Origin: Paraspadella gotoi
Taxonomy: Eukaryota; Animalia; Chaetognatha
Reading direction: 5' to 3'
DNA length: 64,000 bases
Assembly: GCA_051294375.1 (NCBI GenBank)
Contig: CM119265.1
Coordinates: 5,751,696 to 5,815,695 of the forward strand
Shown here: positions 1 to 15,357 of the stretch, one piece after another
Layout: every line of letters begins with the position of its first letter
How positions within the stretch are numbered: position 1 is the first letter of the stretch
Program-made: the position numbers and the translations under genes
Notes under the pieces: model-generated
What the model was told of the DNA's origin: nothing
Database searches by the model: none
Seen by the model: only the letters and a program-made list of their open reading frames with translations

Positions 1-2780
1 ACGTCATTCCAATCTTGAACTTTTTAGTTGTGCGCATTGAGAAAAAAATATATAAAATTCAAAAAAGCCTTGAGAGAGAGGAGAGAGAGAGAGATGAGAG
101 ATCGGAGAGAAGAGAGAGTGAGAGGAGAGATGTGAGGACGGAGAGAAGAGGATGAGAGAGATGAGAGACCAGAGAGAAGCAGACTTTCAAATAAGTCGAT
201 GACGTCGGTTCCCGGGAAGAAGAGAGAAAAAAGACGAACCAAAAGGCACCAAATTCCTTCAAAAACTTCAATTTTTTCAAATAGAGTTTAAAAATGTCGC
301 GAAACGACGAGAGAGAGAGAGAGAATACACCGGGAGAGAGAAGAGAGCGAGAGAGAGCCGAGAGAGAGGACGGACTGAGAAGAGAGACCTTGGAGAGCAG
401 AGAGATGAGACGAGAGAGAGAGAGAGAGAAGCTTGCGTTGTTTTGTGACTGAAAAATAAAAAAGAACGAAATCAAAAAGTAAAATAAAAAAAAATTTCTT
501 CTATTATTCTGTCAAAGTTTTTCTTTCAATTTTTTTTTTCGTCGCTTTCTAGACTTTTTTTTTTCTTTTTTTTTTTTCATTTTGAGCAGAGAAACCCTTT
601 TTTCGGTCTTCGCTCTTTTCGTTTCCAGTTTTGGAATCAGGTTTTAAGTAAGTTGAGCGGAAGAGGTCTTACTGACACCTTACCTTCGTGAGTTTAAATT
701 ACTTCTCCAAAAAAGCCTTTTTTAACCTAATTTTATAAAATTTCATCGCTTTTAATATGGGCCCGGAAAATAGAAAACTCACGACGACGACAACGACTGG
801 ATGACGAAACAAAGAGACTCAGCACAAAAAAAAAAATAACACGGCGCGACGACAACAGTAACCAGCCGACGCGACGACAACGACGGACGACGACGGCACA
901 TCTGCCAACACGCCATTGAGAAAAAAAAAATTCGATAACAATGCAAAAAAAAAAAAACAAGGAGGAGGAGGGCGAAGAGAAGGGAAATATGAGGCTCTAA
1001 AATTTGAGCGAACGATGCCAAAGCGATGAAAAGAATCACAATCGAATGAAGAAAAAGAGAAAAAAATTCGAGATTCAAAAATTTTGAAAAAAAAAAATGG
1101 AATGTTGAAGGTTGAAAAAAAGAAAAAACGCGAGAAAAGAAATATCGCCTAGAAAGAGAACATGGAGAATTTCACAACAACGGGAAATACGAGCATGTTG
1201 AAAGGGAAGGTGAGAGAGAGGGAAAAAATCGGACGGGGGGGGCAAAAGAAGGAGAGAAAGCGGAGAAAAAAAAATTTACGAGCGAACATTGGGAGCAGCG
1301 GAGTTGGAGAAAAGGAGAAGATGAGGAGAGAGGATGGAGGAAGAAAAAGGTTTGCGAAAAGCGATTTACCACATGAATGAAAATAGGGAAGCAGAATAGA
1401 GGGAAAGAAAATGTAAGAAGAGACCGAAAGAAAAAGGTGGTATAAAGAGAATAAAATAAGAAATGAAGGAAAGGAAATCGGGCAGGAAATTGCAGGGGTC
1501 AGGAAGAAAGTAAAAACAAAATTGGAATATGAGGAAGAAATGGCAAAGGGACTAGGTGTGGACCAAATATACGACGATTGGAGAAAAATAAGGGAAGCGG
1601 CCCCGAATAGATAGATGGCTCTAATGGAGGAAAAGAAAAGAAAAAAAAAGAAAAATAAATGGGAGAAAGTTTGTAAAGAACGATTAAAGAATTAAGATAG
1701 TTAAAAGAGGAAAAAAAGGGTAAACGAAAAGCATCGATAAAAAGCAGGAGGAAAGAAGAGAAGGAATGAGAAAGAAAGAGGGTGGTGGCCATTAGCCTCA
1801 CGCAAGAGGGCGCTGTAAAGGCTTCGTTTGAGTTCCCTCGAACGAACGCGCGAGAGATCTCGCTTGGCGCCAGCGATGAGGTTAGCGAGAGGTGGTCAAA
1901 TTCGGGTCATCTCCATTGCTGATTTGCTCACCCGTCGTCGTCATCGTCGTTGTGCGTCTTCCTCTCGATCTTTCACCTCTTCAACTCTAAGCGTCACCAT
2001 CGTATCGTTTATTGTCGACTTTCCTCTGTCGCGACTCGTCGAGGAAAGATAGCCTCATCTAACGAATCCCCTTACCCCTTTTCCCCTACTCACGTCCCCT
2101 CTTATCCCCCCCACTCCATCCAAAATAGGCAAAATTTTTTTTTCCCGATCGTTCAAAAATAAAAAGTGACAGACAAGATGATAACTCTTGTCATTAGTTT
2201 CTTTTCGTCTCCGCTTGTTCCAAGGTCGCGTAGGAATTAGGAAAGAATGAAAAAAATTTCAATTACGCACTTGTGGCGAACGACGCTCAACCAACTTTTT
2301 TATTTTGGAAAAATAAATGAAATAAATTGGGATAAATTTATTAGATTCAAAAATTTGTGAGAGACTTGGGAAATCGTGATCGACGTTGGATGGCGTTTTT
2401 TTTAGTTTCCTCAATTCTTCAACGACTTCAGATTTCGACACATTGAATTTCACATTCCTCCTTTATTTCACCTCTANNNNNNNNNNNNNNNNNNNNNNNN
2501 NTTTCACTCTATTTAATTTGTTCTTCCCTTTTCGCTTCTACGATCTCATCATCCTCTTCGCCCTTTTCTTTCTTTTCTTTTTCACCAACTCACAAGTCAC
2601 GAGACTCCTCAGAACTCACCCTCTCTCTCCCCCCTCTAATGCTTACCCCCCGACGGACTCTAGAGACCCGAAATGAGGTCGCCTCTTTCCCTCTCTTTTG
2701 ACGGGTGAGGTCAGACCATCGCTCTCACCTCCTTTCAACGTTCGACCGGACCGAGCCGACGCTTCCAGTCAAGGTCAGAT

Positions 2781-2783
<3 letters not shown>

Positions 2784-2862
<79 letters not shown>
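2784..2862 (+). repeat. (CT)n microsatellite, representative of dozens of (CT)/(AG) tracts (e.g. 3406-3501, 10270-10400, 15267-15350, 17607-17690, 55870-55950)
   Basis: Read directly; these tracts produce the SLSLSL/ERERER pseudo-ORFs. Confidence 0.97.
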
Positions 2863-2870
<8 letters not shown>

Positions 2871-3401
2871 AAAGCAATGACTTTCACATTATGAATCAAG
2901 AAACCAGAGAATCAGCAATCGTCCTGCATGTGAAATCACTCTCGACCTCTGTCTCTCTTTTTCTTTTCCCTCTCTCTCTCCCTCCCTCACACCCTCTATC
3001 TCTATCTCCCTCTCTTTGTTTCCCTATTATTTCTCCCAGACCGAACTTTGCCAAATCTTCATAGAAACGTCGTCGCGAAAGAATCTACCGAGAGTCCCGT
3101 ATGTAATAAAATAACTCAAGTATCCCGGATGTAACCTCTATTTTCTCCGTGTCACTCGGATCATTTTGCCGCGGGGCGTTTTATTTCGCGACCCGAGAGG
3201 TTATGGTGATTCCATCGTCGGCAGTTCTTGCTCTGTCACTCGGCACTTCGGAGCGATGGGAAGGCTACATTGTGCCGTGGAATTACTTCTACGATACATT
3301 TCTTATATTTAAATTTATATTTTTGCGTTAAAGTTCTGTCAAACACGAAAGGCATTAAAATCCTCATAACGCACCCGAGCCACTCTCCCCCTCTCCGCCC
3401 T

Positions 3402-3505
<104 letters not shown>

Positions 3506-4160
3506 GCCCGAGAAAGTAATGAACTTTTGCGCGACTAACAAAAAAAAAGCCAAAAATAACCCGACGGAGATGTCGCTGCCTCGAAAGCCCCCGAGGGCGG
3601 GACTCGAGATTTCCAATAAAGATACGACTCTGGACTCGTTTCTCTCTCTGCCCCCAGAGCGCCTCGCTCTCTCCCTCTCCCCCTCTGCCTGGCGCCCACT
3701 TTTCCTAGGATGAAAAGGGGGTTGGAGAAGAGATGGTCCCGGAACGAGAAAAAGGGGTCCGGAGAGACGAAACTGAATAACGTTGGGTTTTTTTCTTGTT
3801 TTTATGGTTATGCGAAATCGATTAGAGCGGAAGGGAGGGGGGGAAGAACTCGCGACGGGCAGGGAAGATCGAAGGAGATAGAGGGCAGCAAAGTCGAGTC
3901 ATGCCAAGAAACGATGTCTCTTTTTATTTAGTGTGTGTGTGTCTGTGTGTGTGTGTTTTGCATTTAAATTCGATTCAATTTTTTAATGGATTTTGGAAAA
4001 TTACTGTACTGATCTCCTGTCACGATTTGAATCTTCGTAGTTCTTCTATTGGATAACCAAAGATTTATTATTTTTTTAGTACCAAAATGAATATTATCTT
4101 GATTAAAAGCTAACAGGGACTTGCTATTATGGTGGACTAAAATCAACCAACCGTTCATCC

Positions 4161-4350
4161 GCGGCCATTGGTGCCGGAGGCAAGTCATTCGCCTCCCAAC
4201 CCAAAGGTCCGGGGTTCTAGCCCGGTGGTCGCCTAGCAGTTAAGAAGGATGGGGCGCTTAACCCGCCTGTAACATGGTGTTACAGCCTGATCCGAAGCTC
4301 AGGGACTGCTTATATTGAACGGTTCTGTCACTAACACATAACAATAATAA
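4161..4350 (+). mobile_element. tRNA-derived SINE-like element (tRNA-Gly-like head)
   Basis: 72-nt head 4161-4232: acceptor stem GCGGCCA/TGGTCGC, A-box-like TGGTGCCGGAGG, loop CTCCCAA, B-box-like GGTTCTAGCCC in stem CCGGG/CCCGG. The D and anticodon stems do not pair. A ~100-nt body and an A-rich (AAC/AAT) tail follow; no clear TSD. Confidence 0.6.
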
Positions 4351-5326
4351 TTGTCTCTTCATTACGATTTTTTTTTAAATTTAAACGAAAAATGTCAAAT
4401 ATCAAGAGAAGCAATAGTTTTTATTCTAAATTTATAATTATAATGTGTAAAAGTAATTTTTTTTCAAAAGAAACGTTTAAAAACGTTAACGATAAAAGTG
4501 TCAAAATATTGAAATGATAAAAATCTTCAAAAACATTAAAAACAAAAACAAAATGTAAAAACAAAAGAAAACAAAAACGTTAGAAAAACTTTAATAGTAT
4601 AAAACAAAACGTTTTAAAGCATTATAAGTGTATAATGAACAAAAAGTGTAAAATACATACCCAAAAATAATGTATAATGTATAATTGTGATAATATAATA
4701 ATGTATAATTTGTTAGAGTAAAGGGCAGAGGGACCACGGCTCCTAATAAATTAATAATTAGAAATAAAAAAACTACGTCACAAATCAACACATATTCAAA
4801 AGGATGAAAATAAAATAAAAGGAGGACGCTAATAAAAACAAAAAGACGGTAATGAAAACCAAAAAAAAACGCGAACACAATTAAGACACTAATAAATAAA
4901 TAAAAAACTACATCACGAAAATGCAGAAGAGCAAGAATAATCCCTACATCCAAGCATCAAAATAGAAATACTATATCATGTTATAAACCAATATCAGACA
5001 CTACTACATAAAATAATTTCCATGTGATTACATTTGATTACATTTGATATTTCACGTTTAAATCAATCTACGCCTTGCTTCTTTATCAATTGAGTTTTTT
5101 TTTTTCTTATCTTTCATTTATTCTCAGCCTCCCACGTCCCTCCCCGACCATCCCCCCTCCCGGCGCTCACCCTCGCCTTACCAAAAGTATTCCCTAACCC
5201 TTTTCCCAATTATCGAGCGGCTACTGTCTCGTTCGAGGGAAAATTACCGTTTCTTAGGCGTCTCCTCAATATGCAAATGAGATTTTGAACTCACTCGGAA
5301 AAATTACCGCGTTTCTCCCGTTCCCG

Positions 5327-5358
<32 letters not shown>

Positions 5359-5451
5359 TCTTCCTCATCTCGATCTTCTACTCTCGCGCAGTGCATCGCG
5401 ACCCAGTTCTCTCAATCTCTCTCTCTCTGCCTCCCCCCGGCACTCCAACAG

Positions 5452-5754
5452 GCGCCGGGCCCACGACTCGTCACGTGACCCTCACGGCTCGCGGATTCAC
5501 GGGAACGATCATCACCAAGTCAATCAAACTCCTGATGGTGCCTCAACCGAAACTCGTTTGCCCGGAAACGCTTTCAATGTCGCCCTCGTCGTCGTCGTCG
5601 TCGTCGGCGTCTAAGACCGGAAGTGCCATCGCGACGCTGAACGTCACGTGCGAGATCGTGGTGACGGACGGCGCGGTCGGTGGTGGCGTCAATCAGGAGG
5701 CCGTCGCCGCCGCCGCGCTTCACAAGCATCACAACCTCACCTGGGAGCTCACGG
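5452..5754 (+). CDS. Internal coding exon, Ig-like extracellular domains (end of one domain, start of the next)
   Basis: Pyrimidine tract + CAG acceptor (ends 5451) and G|GTAAGT donor (5755); 303 nt, phase 1-1. GC-rich open frame VTLTARGFTGTIITKSIKLLMVPQPKLVCP...LNVTCEI...HNLTWEL resembles Ig F/G strands, then B-strand Cys and C-strand Trp; N-glycosylation sequons NVT and NLT. Family assignment is by eye. Confidence 0.75.
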
Positions 5755-6559
5755 GTAAGTTTTTTTTTTTTTTTTTGATTGGTGGACCTTTTTAATGTTT
5801 GACTTCGTGTTAAATATACTGTGAAAGATGTAACCTTATAATGACGTTCGGTGAAATTTTTATGGTCACTTTTCGATCGCGCAAACAATTCTACGGCGGG
5901 CGAAATACTTATTACGTTTGTCTCTGCGTTAGCATAGAAAATATCAAACAATTTTCTACTTATACATTACACAAATATCCTATCCACGACGGAGACAATC
6001 TCGCACGAAACCCAAACCGGATCAATAATAAACGGAGAGAGATCATTTGATAAGCGAAAGATTTTGGCGTACGAAAACTTTGTTTTTAAAGATAAATTAT
6101 CATCGACGCTGATTTGACGTTTTATGCCCGCCTCGTGCCCTTTTGACGCTATGCCCCTTCTTTGTTCCCGTTATCCTAATCCCCAGAAGGGAATATCCCT
6201 TTTCATTTTTGGTTTTTTTCAAGGGGGGGAGAAGCGGGGGGGGGGAGCTGTTGAAACTGGCATCTCGTTAAATCGAGATAAATCGTCGATAATCACGATG
6301 GGTGGTCGGTCGTAAGGGCTGACCGCAAGTCGCCCGCGGACGTTGTGAACGCCACCCCGCGAGTTTGCAGAGATTTCTGAATTAGAATCGAGGCTAGAGA
6401 GCGCTGAGAAGCGACTGTATCGAGTCAATTGAAATATGGACTCTCAGCTTTTAATACTACAAATTAATACAGGGAAGTCGAGCACTTTTCATAAGATGCA
6501 AATATTTTGTAAAGATATAAAAATTGGAAAGACATTACAATTTTTAAAAAATCCTTTAG

Positions 6560-6730
6560 AGATTGACAAAGTTTTTAGTTTGCAACGAATTTTATTTATA
6601 TAAAAACAGACATGTTTCGACTTGTTTTTCATCAGCCTTCATCACAGTTTAACTCTCTTGAAAAACAAGTCGAAACATGTCTGTTTTTATATAAATAAAG
6701 TTCGTTGCAAACAAAAAACTTTGTCAATCT
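6560..6730. repeat. Near-perfect inverted repeat, 72-bp arms, 27-bp loop
   Basis: 6560-6631 is the reverse complement of 6659-6730 with 2 mismatches. Confidence 0.95.
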
Positions 6731-7175
6731 TTAAACATTTCAAACAACGAAAAAGAAAGGATTATTACAATATAAAAAAAATCCCCTCACTGTGTATTAA
6801 TATTTTTACAAATATTAAAATCCAAATTTTTCTCTTGCCGTTTTGTTTTCATTTTGTTGACCGAATTTTTTTTTTATCGGTCGTTAGGAGTCTTTGCGGT
6901 CTTGCCGTTGATCGTAAACAAATCTCGAATCGACCGGCGATTAATTGAGGCTCGGAACAAAATGGCTTTTTGTTATCGCGATGTATGGGCAGCGAATTCC
7001 ATTCGTTCGGCTTTTAATTAACTTTTTAAATTTAAAAAAAAAAAGCTTTTGTCAAATCGAATTGGTTTGGCGAATTAGGAGAGATTAAGCGCCAATCTTT
7101 TTTTTTTTTAATTCAGATTCAGCGATCGATTTTTTTCTCTAACGAAAACAAAGAAAAACATCGACCGCGAAATAC

Positions 7176-7219
<44 letters not shown>

Positions 7220-8570
7220 GAGAGCGAGAGACAGAGGAGATAGAGAGCAGAGAGAGAAGACAGAAAGAGAGAGAGATGGAGAGAGATGTTATTGTATTCG
7301 TTTGGGGGAAGGTGAACGGAATGTTTTTATCAAAACAAATTTTTTCGATGATTTCAGGAAATTAATTTTTTTTTTCTGTGAGAGAACAGAGAGAGAGAGA
7401 GAGAGAGACGTTGGGTTGAATGCGGGATGAAGGGGCGGACAAAAACGACAAGCGGCTTGATTTAACTTGGGAGGCTGGTGAAGGGGTTCTGGGAGTGGAA
7501 GGGAGAGGTTTTTTTTAATTTTCCAAAGAGACAGGAAATGGGGGCGAAGAGGGAAAATCGCGAGGAAGAAAAGAAATATGGAACGAAACTTAAGCTTGTT
7601 AAGGTTACCTCTAAGATGAATGAACTAAAGCCAGGTGGCACTGGTAGCAGTGCTGGAACTGTTGCTTAACGGATAGGGAATTCACATTTCAGCATTCCTC
7701 CCCTCCTTAACCAGCACACGAAGCGCCCTCTTTGATTAATTAGTCGATAGTGCGTTTTTGTCTTTGTTTTCTTTTTTGATTTCGTTTTATTTGTTTAATC
7801 AGAAAACAGAACGGAGAGAGGGAAGAGAGGAGAGAGGAGAGAGAGAGAGAGAGAGAGAGGAGAAGAGAGAGAGAGAGAAGAGAGAGAGGAGGAGAGAGAG
7901 AGAGAGGAATAATTGTCGCAAAAATGGCTGCCGGAACGATTTTTCTTTAAAAATGGGTGAGGGTTTCGTTTAGATGACAAAGAAGCCAACAAGATTGCGG
8001 AGTCGAAGAAAAAATGTCTGAAATGCATTGTCTCGCCGATGAAGCGAGAGCAAGAGAGAGAAAGAGGGAGGAGACGGATCGAGTGAGGAAGGAGAGAGGG
8101 AGGAAAGGAGAGAGAGTAGAAGAGAAGAAGAAATTTTTATATCTTCATCGTATAAAAGGATAAAAATCGTTATTTTAATTTAATTTAAAACGAAAAGAAT
8201 AAGCGTTCATCTTCTGCAGTTTAGTCGACCGTCTTGAATTAATCAGACAATGTAATAAAAAAACATAGACTCTGTAAAAAATTTGTTGAAGCGAGATCGA
8301 GAATGTGAACAGTAAACAGTGAAGAGAAGCGAGTGAAAAGTAGCCATTACGCTGTCCTTTTTTTCTCGGTTTTTTTTCTGTCTGGTCAGAGTCGACTGTT
8401 AAAAAAAAAACGTTCTGGACCATTCACCCCTGAAATTTTCTGGTTCGTCGATCAGAAGGAGAAAAAAGAAGAAAAAAGGAAAGAATAAGAAAAAGGAGGA
8501 AAAAAATTATTTTCATACTTTTTGAGGATGAGAGGAAAAAAGAAAGAAAAGAGATAATGTTATTTTTTCT

Positions 8571-8598
8571 TCGTTCGTTCGTTCGTTCGTTCGTTCGT

Positions 8599-8680
<82 letters not shown>
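8571..8680 (+). repeat. Compound (TTCG)n-(TTTC)n microsatellite
   Basis: Read directly. Confidence 0.95.
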
Positions 8681-8681
<1 letters not shown>

Positions 8682-8909
8682 CTCTCTCTATTTTTGTTTC
8701 TTTTTGGTTTTTCTTTTTCTTTTTTTAGTCTTTCTTTGTTTCTTCTTGCTCCATTTTTTGCTTTCTTTCTTTCTCTTCCTCTTTCGCTTTCTCTTTCTCT
8801 CCCCTCTCCCATTGCCTTCACTTAATCGAAAGCTCCCTTCTTTAGCTACGGCCAGTCTTCGACTCCGCCCCATTCCTGTCTTTCCGCATTGTTATCTCTC
8901 TCTACATCT

Positions 8910-8942
<33 letters not shown>

Positions 8943-8963
8943 ACTCTCTTTCTTTCCTTCTCC

Positions 8964-9380
8964 CTCAGTTTACTACTACGCGGCATCGAGGGTCGTTTTT
9001 ATGGCAATGTGACTCCGCTTTCATGGGAAAATGTCTCGCTCTTTTTCAATCGAGTGTGTTCCCCTCACTGCAGTCAGTCTTTTTATAGCTTTGTCTCCCT
9101 TTTTTATTCCCTTTTCTCACTTACCCTCCCTCACCCTTCTTTTAATCTCCGGCCCCACCCGGATTTTCCACCACTTCAGTTACTACTACGCGATCGAGGG
9201 TCCGTTTGTATGGCATGTACTCCCTTTCATGGGAAAATGTCTCGCTCTTTTTCAACGAGTGTGTTCCCTCACTGCAGTCAGTCTTTTTATAGCTTTTGTC
9301 TCCCTTTTTTATTCCCTTTTCTCCACTTACCTCCCTCACCCCTTCTTAATCTCCCGCGGCCCCACCCGGATTTTCCACTC
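8964..9380 (+). repeat. Tandem duplication of ~210 bp
   Basis: TCAGTT(T)ACTACTACGCG...CCCACCCGGATTTTCCAC occurs twice head to tail (~8964-9174, ~9175-9380) with scattered indels. Confidence 0.85.
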
Positions 9381-9381
9381 A

Positions 9382-11873
<2,492 letters not shown>

Positions 11874-12741
11874 CGCTCATCTCTCTCTTTTTCTCCTCTT
11901 TTTCATGTACATCTGTCATAGATTATGTCAATTATTTGTCATGAGTGAAAGACAAGCGAGCGAACCTCAAACAGAAAACTTTTCGAAGGAAAAAAAAATA
12001 GTTTCCTATTTTTCGAAGGTCGTTTTTGACTTTTACCTTTGCGAGTTTGCTTGTTATAAATGTCATAACATCTTAGAAAGCGAATCATGCTGACTATTTC
12101 GAACGATTACAATTATTATTCAAATTAAAATCGGTTATCATACGACAAGGTTTATTTTGATTCGATGAAGGTACATTTACCTCACATTAACATTATTTTA
12201 CGTAATCCCATTGTGACTCGATTTCAAACTTAATTTCGGGCTAACTGACAAGTTTATCACTAAAAATCAAGTTTATCACTAAAAATCANNNNNNNNNNNN
12301 NNGGGACAGTGATCGATTCGATGGACGGACGAGAGAGATTTTTAGAATTGTAATGTTTGATTTGTAGACATTGTATAGACATAGACTCGATGCGTTTAAA
12401 ATATATAGAGAAAAGTTTAGATTTTGTTTTAAAACGAGTTATTTAATAACGCAATCTGCGCAAGTGTTCCCACTGCCCAATGTGCGCAATTGTGCTGAAG
12501 AAGACTCAAAGAGACTCAATAAGAATCGAAGCATTTTCGTTTGTAAATAAAATTTGTTGCTTATAAACAAAAACAAAATTTTATTATATATAAACAATTT
12601 TTTGTCTTAAATACAAACGTTCGCGGACTGTCGACTGATCTCTAAATTTTACCATCGCTGTGGATGCGATCATAATGTGGTTGTCATAATGCGATCGAAT
12701 TTTAAAAAAAATTTGTGGTTAAAAAAAAGGGGATTGACTAA

Positions 12742-13351
12742 TAAGGCGTAGTAAAATTCCTAAGTTTAACTTTAATTAAAATTCTAAAAGTGAGGAACGA
12801 ACAACATTATACTTATGAACATTTATGTATAAAAAAAATGTATAATAAATTTTACAATTTACGCAGTAGGCCATATTTATACTAGTACTAAACCAATAAA
12901 TGTTAAAATTTCAAAACAGTTTTTTCTAAGATTTTTTTGCAGATTTGGATTCGTCTTAAAAAGTTGATAAAAAGAAATATAACTCTTTTTGAAAAATTCC
13001 TTCATTAAGTAGGTCAAAATTTAAAAAAGCTATATTTTAAGCTGAAAATCAACTTTTTTATATTAAATATAGTTTTTTTAATTTTTAACCCAGTTAATGA
13101 AAGAATTTTTAAAAATGATTTATATTTTCTTTTATCAACTTTTGACGAGGTATTCAAATCTGCAATCAAAATTAAGAAAAGCCTATTTTGAAATTTTTTG
13201 ATTTTATAAGGATAGTACTATATATAAATATAGCCTACTGCGAAAATTAAAAAACATAAAATTAATTTTTTTTACAAATTAATGTTCACTGATGGTATGT
13301 TGTTCATAATTGACTTTTAGAATTTTCGTATGTAACTTTCACTACGCCTTA
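12742..13351. mobile_element. Non-autonomous fold-back DNA transposon (MITE), hAT-type, 610 bp
   Basis: Termini TAAGGCGTAGT...ACTACGCCTTA; exact 8-bp TSD TTGACTAA at 12734-12741 and 13352-13359; imperfect inverted similarity runs through both ~300-bp halves (e.g. CGCAGTAGGC/GCCTACTGCG, AAAAGTTGATAAAA/TTTTATCAACTTTT); no ORF. Confidence 0.9.
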
Positions 13352-13375
13352 TTGACTAAGTCTTTTAGCATTCAG

Positions 13376-13471
13376 GAATGAATGAGTGAATGAATGAATG
13401 AATGAATGAATGAATGAATGAATGAATGAATGAATGAATGAATGAATGAATGAATGAATGAATGATTGAAT
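13376..13471 (+). repeat. (GAAT)n microsatellite
   Basis: Read directly; lies just 3' of the MITE. Confidence 0.95.
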
Positions 13472-14247
13472 GGCATTCCGATTTCGTTTATATCTTCCAT
13501 TTTCATTTATCTGTTCTCGCTTTCCGTCTCTACGATGATAAGTAAATAAAATTAAGTTATTTTATAAAGCTGGTGACGTGACGCATTGAGCGAATTGACG
13601 GAGTGAAGTGAGAAGAAAGACGCTCAAACTCGACGCGGGAGAGAAGCGATCCCTTGGCGGGAAATCAGTCACTGGAGTCGAAGGCGAATTGGAACCCAGG
13701 ATTCGTCAGAATCGAGAAAAGGCCGACCGACCGACCGACAGCTTTCGCCGACCGTTTTGACCGACAAAGAGAGGAAAGGAAAAGAGGGTGTGGCCGGCAT
13801 TGATGGATCGGGTCGTCGATGAGGGGGTTCGACCTCTTTTTCGGAGCTGGAAGGCGGGAGTGGAGGAAAGAAAAGGAAAGAGGAGGAAAGAAAAGAAAAG
13901 AGAGAGGGTGTGGCCGGCATTGATCGATCGGGATAGAAATAGAGAAAGTTGAAAAGGGCGTTTGATTAGGTGGGGGACGGAGGGGGGTTGTGGAGGAGGC
14001 TGACGAGGATTCGTGAGAAGGGAGGAAGAGGAGGAGAGAGGAAAGATGATGGAAGGAACGAATAAAGATAGAATAAAAATAGAAATTACCAAGAGAGTAC
14101 TTAAGTAAAAAATAATAAATAGAATTAAAAAAGAGAAAAAGAAAGAAGGAAGGAAGGATCAAAAAAGAGGATAAGAGATTAGTGGAGAGATAACTGAGAG
14201 GGAAAGAAAAATGAAGAGAAAAAGAAAGAAGATCTCCATTCTCCAAT

Positions 14248-14290
<43 letters not shown>

Positions 14291-14393
14291 GCGAAAGAAA
14301 AAATGAGATCCGAAGCAGAAAAATCCCTCTGCTAAATTGGACAGGGTTCGACGGGGAAAATTAAGACGGTCGAGCCTCAAAGACTCCAACGTC

Positions 14394-14475
14394 AGCTGTC
14401 CGGACGAAGGGCTGACCGTTCAAGGCTGCTAGAAAGCTGTCCGGACGAAGGGCTGACCGTTCAAGGCTGCCAGAA
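14394..14475 (+). repeat. 41-bp tandem duplication
   Basis: AGCTGTCCGGACGAAGGGCTGACCGTTCAAGGCTGC(T/C)AGAA twice, one mismatch. Confidence 0.95.
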
Positions 14476-15262
14476 ATAGAAGGCTTTCGAAAAAAAACTT
14501 GTCAGAACGCAAGGTCCCTTTCAATGTTTTTCTCAGAAATTGGTGAAAAAAAATTGTTCAATCTTGTGTTGACCGTTGATTTTGTCCAATGTTGTCGACA
14601 GTAAATCGCTTGTATTCTCGATTTTAAACTAACAATCAGTTGATCCAATCAGTCATCTTGTCATCTCGGCCGGAAATCGCCGTCAACTCGAAATTCCTTT
14701 CCTCCACCTTTCATGGCCCCCAAATCCGGTTTAGGAAAAAACTGACCCAACGCGGGTCAAAAAGTCCTGTTTTTTGTTTATTTCCCCCCCAAAAAAAGTG
14801 TAATAAAAATCCTTCTCTGCTTCGCAACGCTCTCTCTCGCTCCTTTCTCCACTCTCTCTCTCTCTTTCTCTCCCTTTCTATGCCCCCGTGTTCCATGGCG
14901 TAATCCTTCTGGGCAGCGATTTATAATTCCTTCAAAACAATAACAGATTTTTTTTCTTTTCGGGGAAGTTTTAACTTCCCAAACCCCGGAAGGTTCAAAG
15001 TTCAATTCCGCCCGAATGCTTCATTTTACTTTCTTCTTTCATTTTATTGTTCAACCATCGTCGTGTTTATTTCTCGGAATCTCAACAACTCTTTTCTTCA
15101 TTTCGAATTCCCGCCATTTCAAGGCGAGTTTGGCGCATTTTAAAAAAATTAGAACTGACTTCGAATTATGGGTTGAGTAAGTTTTATCCAAGTCGGGGAT
15201 ATTCAAGGTTCATGAATATTCAGCGTCGGTTTTGGTGGAGGGGTTTCTCTCGCTATTCCTAG

Positions 15263-15357
<95 letters not shown>

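Noticed and set aside
4161-4232. Functional tRNA-Gly(CCC) gene
   Set aside because: The anticodon stem (TTCGC/CCCAA) and D stem do not pair, the T loop is non-canonical and there is no oligo-T terminator nearby.
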